The notes: generated by a model not told the origin, from the sequence alone. Positions 37,501 through 48,895 are shown, counted from the stretch's first letter. The stretch is DNA of 64,000 bases from Macrostomum lignano (GCA_002269645.1 NIVC01000584.1:97477-161476), one strand, 5' to 3'. Translations and numbers: made by a program.

Positions 37501-40500
37501 CCAAGAATCGCCCCTCAGTCAAGACCAAAAAATCGCCCCTCAGTCAAGCCCAAGAATTACTCTCAATCAAGCCCAAAAATCGCCCCTCAGTCAAACCCAA
37601 GAATCGCCCCTCAGCCAAGCCCAAGAATCGCCCCTCAGCCAAGCCCAAAAAATCGCCCCTCAGCCAAGCCCAAGAATTGCCCCTCAGCCAAGCCCAAGAA
37701 TCGCCCCTCAGCCAAGCCCAAGAATCGCCCCTCAGTCAAACCCAAGAATCGCCCCTCAGCCAAGCCCAAGAATCGCCCCTCAGCCAAGCCCAAGAATCGC
37801 CCCTCAGCCAAGCCCAAGAATCGCCCCTCAGCCAAGCCCAAGAATCGCCCCTCAGCCAAGCCCAAGAATCGCCCCTCAGCCAAGCCCAAGAATCGCCCCT
37901 CAGCCAAGCCCAAGAATCGCCCCTCAGTCAAGCCCAAAAAATCGCCCCTCAGTCAAACCCAAGAATCGCCCCTCAGCCTAGCCAAAGTACTCAACTCGAT
38001 GGTCAAATTACATTACTCAGGTGGCCCTCATCTGCGGTCGCGAGCTGGTCCGCCTGCTGGGCGCCTCCGAGCCGAAGCTGGTGCTGAACTTCTGTTTGGG
38101 CATCGCCGCCTCCAGTTCCTGCCTGCCGCCACCACTGCTGCCGACATCTACCGCGGATTCGAACTCCGGCAGCAGCAGCAGCAGCAGCAGCTGGGAATCA
38201 TTCGGCTGTGCACTGCTGGTGTTCGCCGAGTCAGTCAAGCAGCTCGGCATCGAGGCTTTGCCGCTGGTTGCCAGGCTCGTGCCGAAGCTTCTGCCGCGAC
38301 TGCGACCGACCGTGGCTGATCAGCGACCGCCCGGCGTGGTGCTGCTGCGTCCTTCGCCTTTCTGCAGCAATGCACCGTCACTATGGTGGACCTGATGGTG
38401 CCGTACCTGGCACAGCTGCTGCCCGTTACTGTGGAGCTCATGCTCTGTGAGTTGCTTTTTTCCATCATGTCTTCTCGTGTACCATCATGTCTTCCAGGCT
38501 CATCCGCCATCATGTCTTCCAGGCTCATCCGCCATCATGTCTTCCAGGCTCATGTACCATCATGTCTTCCAGGCTCATGTACCATCATGTCTTCCAGGCT
38601 CATCCGCCATCATGTCTTCCAGGCTCATCCGCCATCATGTCTCCCAGTCTCACGTACCATCATGTCTTCCAGTCTCATGTACCATCATGTCTTCCAGTCT
38701 CGTGTACCATCATGTCTTCCAGTCTCGTGTACCACCATGTCTTCCAGGCTCATCCGCCATCATGTCTTCCAGTCTCGTGTACCATCATGTCTTCCAGTCT
38801 CGTGTACCATCATGTCTTCCAGTCTCATGTACCATCATGTCTTCCAGTCTCGTCCGCCATGATGTCTTACAGTCTCATGTACCATGATGTCTTCCAGTCT
38901 CATGTACCATGATGTCTTCCAGTCTCATGTACCATGATGTCTTCCAGTCTCATGTACCATGATGTCTTCCAGTCTCATGTACCATGATGTCTTCCAGCCT
39001 CATCCACCATCATGTCTTTCAGTCTCATGCACCATCATGTCTTCCAGTCTCATCCGCCATCATGTCTTCCAGTCTCATCCGCCATCATGTCTTCCTGTAT
39101 CATCCGCCATCATGTCTAATTCATTACTCAATCACTCATCTCGCAGCTGCCGACTCGCAGCTGCGGCCGAAGCTGCGCTCAGTGCTGAGCTCGGTGGCCC
39201 GAGGCGTCCATCCCCCCAGCTGCTGCCTGCACTGCAGGACTGCCTCAAGCCGCACCAGCAGCAGCAGCCCTGGCTTCGCGCCGAGCACTGGGCCAGGCTG
39301 CTGCGGCTCAACCTGGAGATGACGGTCGCCTCCGAGGCGGCCAACCGGCTGGAGGAGGACGATTCGGACAGTGCTGACGCGGCCGGCTCGCTTGCTGACT
39401 TCGAGGCCGAGCTGTCCGATCTGTTCTCCAGCCTGCTGGGCAGCGTCTTCGGCAGCGGGGAAGAAGACGCGGATGGAGACTCCGGCACCGATGATGATGG
39501 CAGCGAGAGCAGCGGGACGGAGTCTGAGGAAGAGGGGGAGGGCGGCGCAGAGGATCAGGCCAAGGGGCGTCTGGTCGCTCAGCTGGCGGCCTGTCTGGCT
39601 CCGCTGCCACCTGCCACCAGGGCCATGCTGCTGCAGAGTCTGCAGGTGAGTCTTCATTCTAATCCCGATCCCAACAGTCCCAATTCAGATCCCAATAGTC
39701 GCAATTCGGATCCCAATAGTCTCAGTCCCGATCTTAATAGGCCCAATTCTGATCCCAATAGTCCCAATTCCGATCCCAATAGGCCCAATTCCGATCCCTA
39801 TAGTCCCAATTCCGATCCCAATAGTCCCAGTCCCATCCAAATAGTCCCGATTCGGATCCTAATAGTCCCAATTCCGATCCCAATAGTCCCAATCCGATCC
39901 CAATAGTTCCAATCCCAATCCCAATAGTTCCAGTCCCCATCCCAATAATACCAGTCCAAATCCTAAGAATCCCAGTCCAAATCCCACTATTTCTATCCCT
40001 ATGATCCCATACTCCAATTTCGAAGCCACACACCGAATTCGAACTCCCGCCCTGTCCGACAGGACTGGGCCGCGGGCAGCGCCAGCCGGGAGGCCGCCTT
40101 CCACCGGCTGATGGCTGTCGCCCTCGCCTCCCAGAGCGGCCGCGTGTCGGGGTTGGCCGGCCTGCTGTGCGAGTTGGACGCGCCGCAGCACGCGGCCGCC
40201 CTGCTGGAGCTCCCCGGCGCCGATTCGCAGCAGCCTCGGCCGAGCCGGCAGCTGTCCCGCTGGCTGCTGGCCTGCCTGGCCGCCCTGTTCAAAGCGGCCG
40301 GCGGCTCCTCGGGCCTCGGCTTGGACCTGCTGGACAGCATCGGCTCGCTGCTGGTCGACCGTCTGGCCGCCGCCGCCGACCCGGCCGAGCGCCTGCTGGA
40401 CTGCCTGGCCGCCTACGCTCAGGGCTCCTCGGAGGACGAGGCCCTGCTGAAGCCCCTGGTGCGCCGCCTGTGCGACCGCGGCTGCCGGCACCCCGATGGC

Positions 40501-40698
40501 TCCGTCCGGCTGGCCTCGCTGCGCGCGATTCAGCGCCTGCTGGACTGCCTTGGCGACGTCTTCATCGACAGTCTGGCCGCCGACTGCGTGCCCGCCCTTG
40601 CCGAGCTCGCCGAGGACGACAGCGAAGAGGTGGAGCGGCTGGCCCAGCGGCTGCTGGCCGACATCGAGCAGCGGGCCGGCGAGCCGCTCGAGCTGTAA
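25384..40698 (+). CDS. HEATR1: HEAT repeat-containing protein 1 / UTP10 (SSU processome), ~1746 aa if five single-base deletions are corrected
   Basis: Exons 25384-25528, 26062-26356, 29476-29902, 30990-31493, 32397-32927, 33337-33544, 34687-34851, 35351-35743, 36150-37156, 38021-38446, 39147-39645, 40063-40698. Motifs MTSLLATQLNKL, LEWLVYRFQTHQYN...VLPYH, VRRKALDLM and CVPALAELAEDDSEEVE...GEPL match HEATR1. Frameshifts at ~33397, ~36915, ~37024, ~38340 and ~39215. Confidence 0.9.
25540..25630 (-). mobile_element. Helitron-like 5' end fragment in HEATR1 intron 1
   Basis: Minus strand reads A|TCTAAATATACTAAATCTCTAAGGTTTGTATGCTTG, identical to the copy ending at 42738. Confidence 0.5.
25730..26010. 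repeat. 48-bp (3x16-bp) minisatellite, intronic
   Basis: gccagatggacatcattccaggtagacataattccaaatggaaatcat units. Confidence 0.9.
26415..29420. repeat. 3-kb ~33-bp GC-rich minisatellite (ggaggccggaccccagcccaaagacacattgag and variants), HEATR1 intron 2
   Basis: Tandem variant units; source of the 1101-aa and other spurious ORFs. Confidence 0.95.
30040..30805. repeat. 23-bp minisatellite (agtaacagagattccatcccctt)
   Basis: Tandem units, intronic. Confidence 0.95.
31640..32310. repeat. 28-bp minisatellite (gatatcagtcggtcaaatatcgataacc)
   Basis: Tandem units, intronic. Confidence 0.95.
32950..33322. repeat. 22-bp minisatellite (ctgatttcatggggtctttgtc)
   Basis: Tandem units, intronic. Confidence 0.95.
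33586..34670. repeat. Compound (CAT)n trinucleotide repeat with recurring caccataattctcaccatcttcatcaccaccattat cassette
   Basis: Fills HEATR1 intron 6 (33545-34686). Confidence 0.95.
34965..35272. repeat. 20-bp minisatellite (gggtagcggaagttacctga)
   Basis: Tandem units, intronic. Confidence 0.95.
35770..36095. repeat. C-rich ~25-30-bp minisatellite (ccgccccatagaaccgccccccgat)
   Basis: Tandem units, intronic. Confidence 0.9.
37210..37980. repeat. 24-bp minisatellite (cagccaagcccaagaatcgcccct)
   Basis: Tandem units, intronic. Confidence 0.95.
38460..39112. repeat. 25-bp minisatellite (catcatgtcttccagtctcatgtac)
   Basis: Tandem units, intronic. Confidence 0.95.
39660..40010. repeat. 21-bp minisatellite (aatagtcccaattccgatccc)
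   Basis: Tandem units, intronic. Confidence 0.9.
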
Positions 40699-40749
40699 AG
40701 AATTCTGTCTGTCTCAGAACTGGTCTTGTTTTTGTGCTCCCGAGTCCCG

Positions 40750-41245
40750 GATCCCATAATGCCGAAAGTCCCAGCCCCGGCTCCCTTAATCCCGAACTTC
40801 CCAGTCCCGGATCCTTAATCCCGAACTTCCCAGTCCCGGATCCTTAATCCTGAACTTCCCAGTCCTGGATCCCATAATCCCGAACTTCCCAGCCCCGGCT
40901 CCCTTAATCCCGAACTTCCCAGTCCCGGATCCTTAATCCCGAACTTCCCAGTCCCGGATCCTTAATCCCGAACTTCCCAGTCCCGGATCCTTAATCCCGA
41001 ACTTCCCAGTCCCGGATCCTTAATCCCGAACTTCCCTGTCCCGGATCCTTAATCCCGAACTTCCCAGTCCCGGATCCTTAATCCCGAACTTCCCAGTCCC
41101 GGATCCTTAATCCCGAACTTCCCAGTCCCGGATCCTTAATCCCGAACTTCCCAGTCCCGGATCCTTAATCCCGAACTTCCCAGTGCCAGATCCTTAATCC
41201 CAAACTTCCCAGTCCCAAATCTTTTAATCCCAAACTTCCCAGTCC
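40750..41245. repeat. 29-bp minisatellite just 3' of the HEATR1 stop
   Basis: atcccgaacttcccagtcccggatcctta units. Confidence 0.95.
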
Positions 41246-41573
41246 CAGATTCCGAAGTTTCCATTGACGAGTCCCAAAATTTGCAATCCTCAAGATCCCA
41301 AGATTGTCTTAATCCTTCCTGTTAGTGACGCAGCATTTCTCCCCGCTATTTTGATAGCTGGATTGTCGCATCTTGTTGGCGATCATAAACATGATAATTG
41401 CTGATTATTATAGTGTGTTGTCACCAGAATGTCAAATTGACTGGCCAAAAATATAAGTGTCCTGTTGCTGGCCTTTCCCATGTTTGGATATTCTGCTTGT
41501 TTATTTTTATTTTTTGGGTTCCGGGTTTATAGCTTTGTGTATTCATCAGTTTAGGGCAGGGTTAGGGTGTCGT

Positions 41574-42016
41574 TTAGGTATGGGGTTTTAGGTATGAGGT
41601 ATGGGTTTTAGGTATGAAGTATGGGGTTTTAGGTATGAGGTATGGGGTTTTAGGTATGAGGTATGGGGTTTTAGGTATGAGGTATGGGGTTTTAGGTATG
41701 AGGTATGGGGTTTTAGGTATGAGGTATGGGGTTTTAGGTATGAGGTATGGGGTTTTAGGTATGAGGTATGGGGTTTTAGATATGAGGTATGGGGTGTCAG
41801 TTATGAGGTATGGGGTGTCAGTTATGAGGTATGGGGTGTCAAGTATGAGGTATGGGGTGTCAGGTATAAACATGGGGTGTCAGGTATGAGGTATGGGGTG
41901 TCAGTTATGAGGTATGGGGTGTCAAGTATGAGGTATGGGGTGTCAGGTATGAAGTATGGGGTGTCAGGTATGAGGTATGGGGTGTCAGTTATGAGGCATG
42001 GGGTGTCAGGTATGAG
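41574..42016. repeat. 21-bp G-rich minisatellite (ggtatggggttttaggtatga)
   Basis: Tandem units, preceded by ttagggcagggttaggg. Confidence 0.95.
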
Positions 42017-42691
42017 ATGAGGCTTTGGGGCTAGGGTGTGACATACCAGCCTAACCGATTGAGCCAGCCGTTCACGCAGACGCTGCCACCGCCAATTTCT
42101 GCCGCTAGTCAAATTCCGCAGCTCCCAATTCGCTCGGTTTCCTTGCCAATTCTGAATTCCCTGTGTCCGGCATGAGGACCAGCTCAGGGCTCCTCAGGTA
42201 TGAGGCCTTCCAGACTCTCTCTTCTGCTCCGATCTGTGCTTGGAAGCGGCGCATTGCTGCAAAAGCGGGGCCGATCGCGCAGTTAACCGCGGACTCCATT
42301 TTTGTCTTCTGTCTGCTTTAACAAGCGGGCCAATCATTTTTTAATGCAAAAATCTGTTTATGCATTCTTTCTTTGTCTTTCTCTCTTGTCCAGCCCGCTG
42401 TCTCCCCGTGCGTGTTTGTTAACTAATCCGATTTCTTTGCGGTTTCTTGCGAGCTATGGTTTAATCTCTTTGACACATTTTGCTCTTGCTTGAGTCTTTT
42501 TGCTTTCGTGAAACTTAAAGCATCCGGTTGTGTTCGAGAGCCGAATTCTTCAAGGCTCTGCTTCGAAGCAGTCTTTGTTCTTTGTTCTTGGCCAGAAATG
42601 CTGGGGATTTTTATTCCATTGACCAAGTTGCAAATGCAACAGATATTCCTAGCGCGTGTACTTTAGACTGGCTAGTGCTGTTTTTGGAAAA

Positions 42692-42738
42692 CTAGAAGTT
42701 TACAAGCATACAAACCTTAGAGATTTAGTATATTTAGA
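42692..42738 (-). mobile_element. 47-bp mini-Helitron-like insertion (A|TC...CTAG|T)
   Basis: Minus strand A|TCTAAATATACTAAATCTCTAAGGTTTGTATGCTTGTAAACTTCTAG|T: Helitron terminal signatures, AT target site, no TSD. Confidence 0.55.
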
Positions 42739-42842
42739 TTGAGCCTCAGGTAGCTGTGGATGTAACTAAATTGGAGCATTTATTGCTGCTACTTTATTAT
42801 TTATGGAGCTTTACGATTGTACCGATTTTAAATGCTTTAACT

Positions 42843-43360
42843 TAGTCTTTGTGTTCCCCTTCTGATCAGTTCCCCATCCCTTCTAGTCTTTGTTTTCCCC
42901 TTCTGATCAGTTCCCCATCCCCTCTAGTCTTTGTGTTCCCCTTCTGATCAGTTCCCCATCCCCTCTAGTCTTTGTGTTCCCCTTCTGATCAGTTCCCCAT
43001 CCCCTCTAGTCTTTGTGTTCCCCTTCTGATCAGTTCCCCATCCCTTCTAGTCTTTGTGTTCCCCTTCTGATCAGTTCCCCATGTCTTTGTGTTCCCCTTC
43101 TGATCAGTTCCCCATCCCCTCTAGTCTTTGTGTTCCCCTTCTGATCAGTTCCCCATCCCTTCTAGTCTTTGTGTTCCCCTTCTGATCAGTTCCCCATGTC
43201 TTTGTGTTCCCCTTCTGATCAGTTCCCCATCCCCTCCAGTCTTTGTGTTCCCCTTCTGATCAGTTCCCCATGTCTTTGTGTTCCCCTTCTGATCAGTTCC
43301 CCATCCCCTCCAGTCTTTGTGTTCCCCTTCTGATCAGTTCCCCATCCCCTCTAGTCTTTA
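42843..43360. repeat. 41-bp minisatellite (tagtctttgtgttccccttctgatcagttccccatcccctc)
   Basis: Tandem units upstream of the hnRNP L-like gene. Confidence 0.95.
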
Positions 43361-43582
43361 GTTTTTGCGCTCCCATTCAGCAGTTCCCATAATCTCCCAT
43401 CTCTGTTCTCAACTCTAACCGCAATTTCGCTCTTTCAGCTCAACTTTTATTCTCTTCTAAAAGAGCCCAGCAAAGCAGAATCTGCAACACTAGAGCCAGT
43501 TCTCAATCGCTATTCACCCAGCTTCCCAGTCTAATCTTTCAAAAGCTTTCTCGAACCGTTTCGCTCCGACCAGCTAAAGAAG

Positions 43583-46500
43583 ATGCAGCAGCACCACATG
43601 CACCCCATGCACCAGATGCAGCACCAGGTGCAGCAGCATCCCATGCAGCAGATGCAGCTCCAGCAAATGCACCAGTTTGCCCCAGCCCAGGTTGCCCCTG
43701 GCGGCGCCGCCGTTGAGCGGAAGCGAAAGTTCAACGGGCAGCACAGCTCCGGCCAGCAGAACCCGCCCAGCTGCGTGGTCTTTGTTGGCGAGATTCCCGG
43801 CAACACGTGCGAACTGGAGATCCGGCGCATCTTTCAGGTGCATTCTCGCTGTCCGTGCCGATGCCGATGCAATGCACCCCGAGAGTCGCCCCCCAATGAA
43901 GCCTGAGAATCGCCCCCAATGCACCCCGAGAGTCCCCCCCAATGTACCCCGAGAGTCCTCCCCAATGCACCCCGAGAGTCGCCCCCCAATGCAGCCTGTG
44001 AATCGCCCCCGATGCAGCCTGAGAATCGCCCCCAATGCACCCCGAGAGTCCCCCCAATGCACCCCGAGAGTCGCCCCCCAATGCAGCCTGTGAATCGCCC
44101 CCGATGCAGCCTGAGAATCGCCTCCAATGCACCCCGAGAGTCCCCCAATGCACCCGAGAGTCCCCCCCAATGCACCCGAGAGTCCCCCCAATGCACCCCG
44201 AGAGTCCCTCCCAATGCACTTCAAGAGTCGCCCCCAATGCACTTCGAGAGTCCCCCCCAACGCCCGCAGGACTTCGGCAAGGTCCAGTTGATCTTCCCCA
44301 TGCCGGCCAAGCACCAGGCCCTAGTGGAGTACCTTCGCCTCGCCGATGCGGAGCGCCTCATCGCCTACCATCACTCGGGCCCCGGCGTCAACATCAAGGG
44401 CTCCAACGTCATCATCAGCTTCTCAAACCGGTCCCGCATCGACCTGAGCCAGGAGCCCTACCTCAGCATCGGCCCCCAGAACTGCCTGCTGCTCACCATC
44501 TACAACATGAAGATGGAGTTCAACTGCACCGATGTGCGCCAGATCTGCAGCCCCTACGCCATCATTGAGCGCTGCGTCATCATTAAACAGCAGGTGAGAG
44601 GCTTGGATAATGAGACTGGATTTCGTTTAGAATGCTCTTGGACTCATCCAATATGCTGCCAAAATAAAATGCTCACAAGCTACTTTTGTGGTGAAGCAAC
44701 CAGTAGCTTACAAGAGTAGCTTACCTGTCGCTTAAAGCTCAGCGTGCGAGCAGAATATTCTGAGAAGTCTATTTTGACTGCAATGACCAGAAGTCGCACG
44801 CAGCTTCCAGCCCTCGCCATCCCATCCTCGCTGCCACCCATCCTCAGGACGGTCTGACTCGGGCCATCGTTGAATTCGAACGCCTCGAAGACGCCGCCCT
44901 CGCCAAGCCGTTCCTGAACGGGGCCAACATGTACACCAACTGCAATGCCATCCGCTGCGACTACGCCAGGGCCAACGCTTTCGAGTACTTTATGTCCAGG
45001 TGAGAGAGAACTGGCTGGGCTTGGGAGTTACTGAAGCTTTGTCTTGGTGTAAAATGAGAGTGGGGATTTCTTGTAGTGGCACTGACACGGCTCTAACAGA
45101 CAGACAGACAGTCAGGCAGACAGACAGACAGACAGACAGACAGACAGGTATGTAGATAGACAGATAGACAAACAAACAGATCAAAATACAGACAGGCAGG
45201 GATTGTCTGAAGCGGGCTGTGTCCAAAGTCAATCACCGACTCGCCTCTCGGCAGAGAGACGGTGCTGGAGGAGTACCGGTACGACATAGACGCCGACTCC
45301 ATGACCTCGATGTCCATGGTCGGCGCGGCCTCCGGCGCCGGCGCCGGGATGAACAAGCGCGCCCGGGTGGTCCCCGGAGGCGGCGGCGGCGGTGGCCTGC
45401 TGGGTAACCCGAACGACGAGGTCGGCCTGCTGGGCACCCGCCTGCAGGGCCTCGTGGGCGCCGGCCCCGGCCACGCCATTGGCGGCGTCGTCGGCCGGCC
45501 CGGCCAGCTCGGCGGCGCCGGAGTTGGCGCCGCTGGTGGCGCCGCCAACCAGGAGCTGCTGGCCCAGAGCGCCATGAGCCTCGTGTCCCGGGTCGCCGCC
45601 GCCGCCGCTGCCGCCAACCCAGCGGCAGCTGGCGGCTTCGCCGCTTCCTACGGGCACCCGCAGGCCGGCCAGAACATCATTGTGGTGCGCGGCCTCAGCT
45701 CCCAGATGAACTGCGACCGCCTGTTCAACGTGCTGGTGCTCTACGGCAACGTCAGCCGCGTCAAATTCCTCACCACCAAGGAGGGCTTCGCCCTGGTTGA
45801 GATGTGCGACGCCGGCTCCGCCCAGCAGGCGCTGCAGCACCTCAACGGGCAGCGGGTGCTGGGCAGCATCGTGCGGGTGTCCCTGTCCGACCAGGTGCGG
45901 CCTCGGGCTCTGTGTGTCTGCCTGTGTCTGCCTGTCTGTCTGCCTGTCTGTGTCTGTCTGCCTGTCTGTCTGCCTGTCTGTATGCCTGTCTGTGTCTGTC
46001 TGCCTGTATTTCTGCCTGTCTGTCTGTCTGCCTGTCTGTCTGCCTGTCTGTGTCTGTCTGCCTGTCTGTCTATCTGTCTGTGTCTGTCTGTCTGTCTGCC
46101 TGTCTGTGTCTGTCTGCCTGTCTGTCTGTCTGTCTGCCTGTCTGTCTGCCTGTCTGTCTGTCTGTCTGCCTGTCTGTTTGTCTGTCTGTCATTCTGTCTG
46201 CCTGTCTGTCTGCCTGTTTGTCTGCCTGTCTGTCTGTCTGTCCACCTCATATTTTGCAATCCTGCAAAAGCAGCCCCTGCCAACCCTCCCCACCCGCAGG
46301 ACAACGTGAAGCGCAACACGAAGGACTTCACACTGCCGGACGGCACCCTGGCCGAGAAGTCGTACGACTCGCTGAAGTTCAACCGCTTCATGACGCCGGA
46401 GTCGGCCGCCAAGAACCAGGCCTCGCTGGGCAAAATCGGCCCGGTCCTGTACTTCTGGGGCTGCCCGGACGGCTCGGACGAGGAGACGGTGCGCGACGCG

Positions 46501-46713
46501 CTGAAGGAGGCCGGCGCCCCGGCCCCGGTGGAGGTTGCCATGCAGACCGAGAAGTGCACCACGGGCTGGATCACCTTCGAGACGCCGCAGGACGCCACAG
46601 ACGCCATCTGCCTGGCCAACCACTCCATAGTGGGCGAGTCGGCCCGGCTCAAGCTGACCTATGCTGTTAACAAGAAGGACGGCAGCGGCAGCAGGCCTTC
46701 CAACGCCAAGTGA
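43583..46713 (+). CDS. HNRNPL: hnRNP L-like RNA-binding protein (4 RRMs, Q/H-rich N-terminus), ~594 aa
   Basis: Exons 43583-43837, 44270-44593, 44848-44999, 45255-45894, 46300-46713 (1785 nt, phases consistent). Motifs MPAKHQALVEY, LLLTIYN...ICSPY, FLNGANMYTNCNAIRCDYAR, MNCDRLFNVLVLYGNVSRVKFL and FNRFMTPESAAKN match the hnRNP L/LL family. Confidence 0.85.
43870..44260. repeat. ~23-bp C-rich minisatellite (cccgagagtcgcccccaatgcac), intronic
   Basis: Tandem units. Confidence 0.9.
45910..46243. repeat. (CTGT)n-type microsatellite in hnRNP L-like intron 4
   Basis: Direct reading; an (ACAG)n tract also lies in intron 3 at 45097-45200. Confidence 0.95.
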
Positions 46714-46879
46714 GCTGCTGCAGTGTGGGCTGGCTCTGCAACTTTGCAATAATTACTTGGCTTTGAATATTGGATTTCTTTGTATCAGTTGAGCCCTTCT
46801 CGGGGCTTGAAAAAATTGCGACTGTTGGTTTTTTCAATTTCCCGTTTTCTTATGCAACTTCTGTTGCTAAAGTGTTTCA

Positions 46880-47270
46880 TCTTAATGAGGAACTCCCGTT
46901 GCCAGGGAGATCCCAGTTGCTAAGGGTATTCTTGTATCTAGAATGGTCCTAGTGGCTAGGAAGAATCCTGTTGCTAGGGAAATTCTCAGTTGCTATGGAG
47001 GTTCCAGTTGCTAGGGCGATTAATGTTTGGATTTTTAATGCTTCTTGTCTCTGGGAATTTCCTAGTGGCTAGAGAGAATCCTGTAGCTAGGGAAATCCCC
47101 AGTTGCTGTGGAGATTTCAGTTGCTTGTTTTCCGTTGCTAGGGGGATTACTGTTGCTAGGGATATTATTGTCTCTAGGATAACTTCGTTTCTTATGGGGT
47201 TCTACCTAGTGGTTAGGGAGAATCCTGTTGCTAGGGAAATCCCCTGTTGCTATGGAGATACCAGTTAATT
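46880..47270. repeat. Degenerate repeat (cctgttgctagggaaatcccc) 3' of the hnRNP L-like stop
   Basis: Recurring gttgctaggg / gtggctagg motifs. Confidence 0.6.
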
Positions 47271-48895
47271 TGTGCTCCTGTCTCTTAATCCCTTCGTTTT
47301 CTTTTCTGAAGTTTCACTTATTCTATTAGTTTATAAGCTCATATTTATTCATCCCTATATATATCTTCTGCTGTTTATCTATAAGTCCCTCTGCAAGTCC
47401 CTCAATTTCAGCTCACTGTTGTGTCAAGCAGTTTTATTTACTGGTTCGCAACACCGGCACTTATCCAGTTGAATTCACGAGAAGCTGTCTGTCGGACAAA
47501 ATTCGCTCCTTTTTATTTTTGATCAATCTGCTCTGTACTTTAATTTGCGTACTGCAATTCATTTTTACCCGTAGCAGCGCAACAGCGATGACATTCAAAG
47601 CGATATGTATCGAAAGTATAATTATTTATTTCAAGCTGTAATTTCGGTTCATTACTCGGTAATAGTTAATGAAAATACCATTTTATTTTAAAATTGTTTT
47701 ACCGAAATTCCATATTGATGTGGCTTTATCCAGCTGGCCAGCTCTCCTTCATCTGTAGCTTTTATTTATTTCTATGCTACTGAGTGCAGCGTTTAATGTT
47801 CAAGCATCTGTTTGTTGTTTTGCTTTTTTCCGCTTTACCTGTAGATTGCACCTCCCTTAATTAGGAATGCCTTTGTTTTGTTGCCCTAACTCTGTCTCTC
47901 TACTTCACAATGGCACACTGTAGTGACGCTTCATTATGGGGCAGTTAAACCTTTTCAATTTAAGTAAGTTAAGAGTATTATTCATTATAGCCTACTGAAT
48001 CTAGTAGTCTGATTAAAACGTTTATCTAAAATTTATATAAATTTTACGAAAATCAAATTTAAATTAAGAAAACTAACAAAACGACCATGGTTTTGAATTC
48101 CTCCTCGTATCGGTGGGCCCTGAGGCCATTTTGGACATTTCCCCGTTCATAAGAGGCATTCAACTCTGTTTTGTATCGTATTTACGCCTTTCTGTTTCAA
48201 GCGGCTATCCTGATTGACTTAGCAGCAAAGCATTAAGCCATTTTATTAGTTTAATGGATTAGAAGGAAAGTGGGCTCTCTGCAAGTCTGAATTCACTTAC
48301 TCTTGGCTTGTTTTCTGTCAAGTTTGTAGTCGCAAAAATGACTTAACGTAACCAACCCTGTGTTGTCAACCCCGGTTGTTTTAATTGCCTCAGTAACTCT
48401 TCTGTCTAAATTGTGTCCTGGCTCTGCTAGCGAAACCTTTATAATACAATAATATATAATAACCATATTACTGTTTCATCGCTCGCCTCCAAAAATAAGC
48501 TTATTTGGCTTTCGACTTTTTGACTTCTTCAATTTGAGTAAACCGGATTTTGATCACAGAACAGATTTTGATTGCTTTTGCCGATATGTTGTGAAGTATA
48601 CTTCTCAGTGCTATAAAGTTTTTTCAACACAAAAACACAGTTACAAGTATTTCCTGACTCAAATTTCGCGGGCAGAGAATTGTTAATTTGTACATTTTTT
48701 GCATTCTCTGCTGCTCTCGCCTTCATCAACTGAAGAGCATCTTAAGATTGACTTTCATAAGCAGTGCAGTCTGTACTGTGCCTTAACGCTGGATCAACGA
48801 TTAAAAATCCCATCAACGAGCATAATAATGCTGCTCAGTAAAATATCTGATAGTCGAGACTAAAAAATCAAAATAGCTTAACCTTAGTTGGCGCG

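Noticed and set aside
33390-39220. C-insertion RNA editing as the explanation for the frameshifts
   Set aside because: At several sites the missing base can equally be G (for example ctg-(g)cg-tcc at ~38348 aligns better), so there is no C-specific pattern. Sequencing error is far more parsimonious.
42047-42626. Minus-strand same-frame ORFs (42423-42626, 42105-42299) ending near a good donor
   Set aside because: Five in-frame stops, no recognisable homology, and no downstream exon found.
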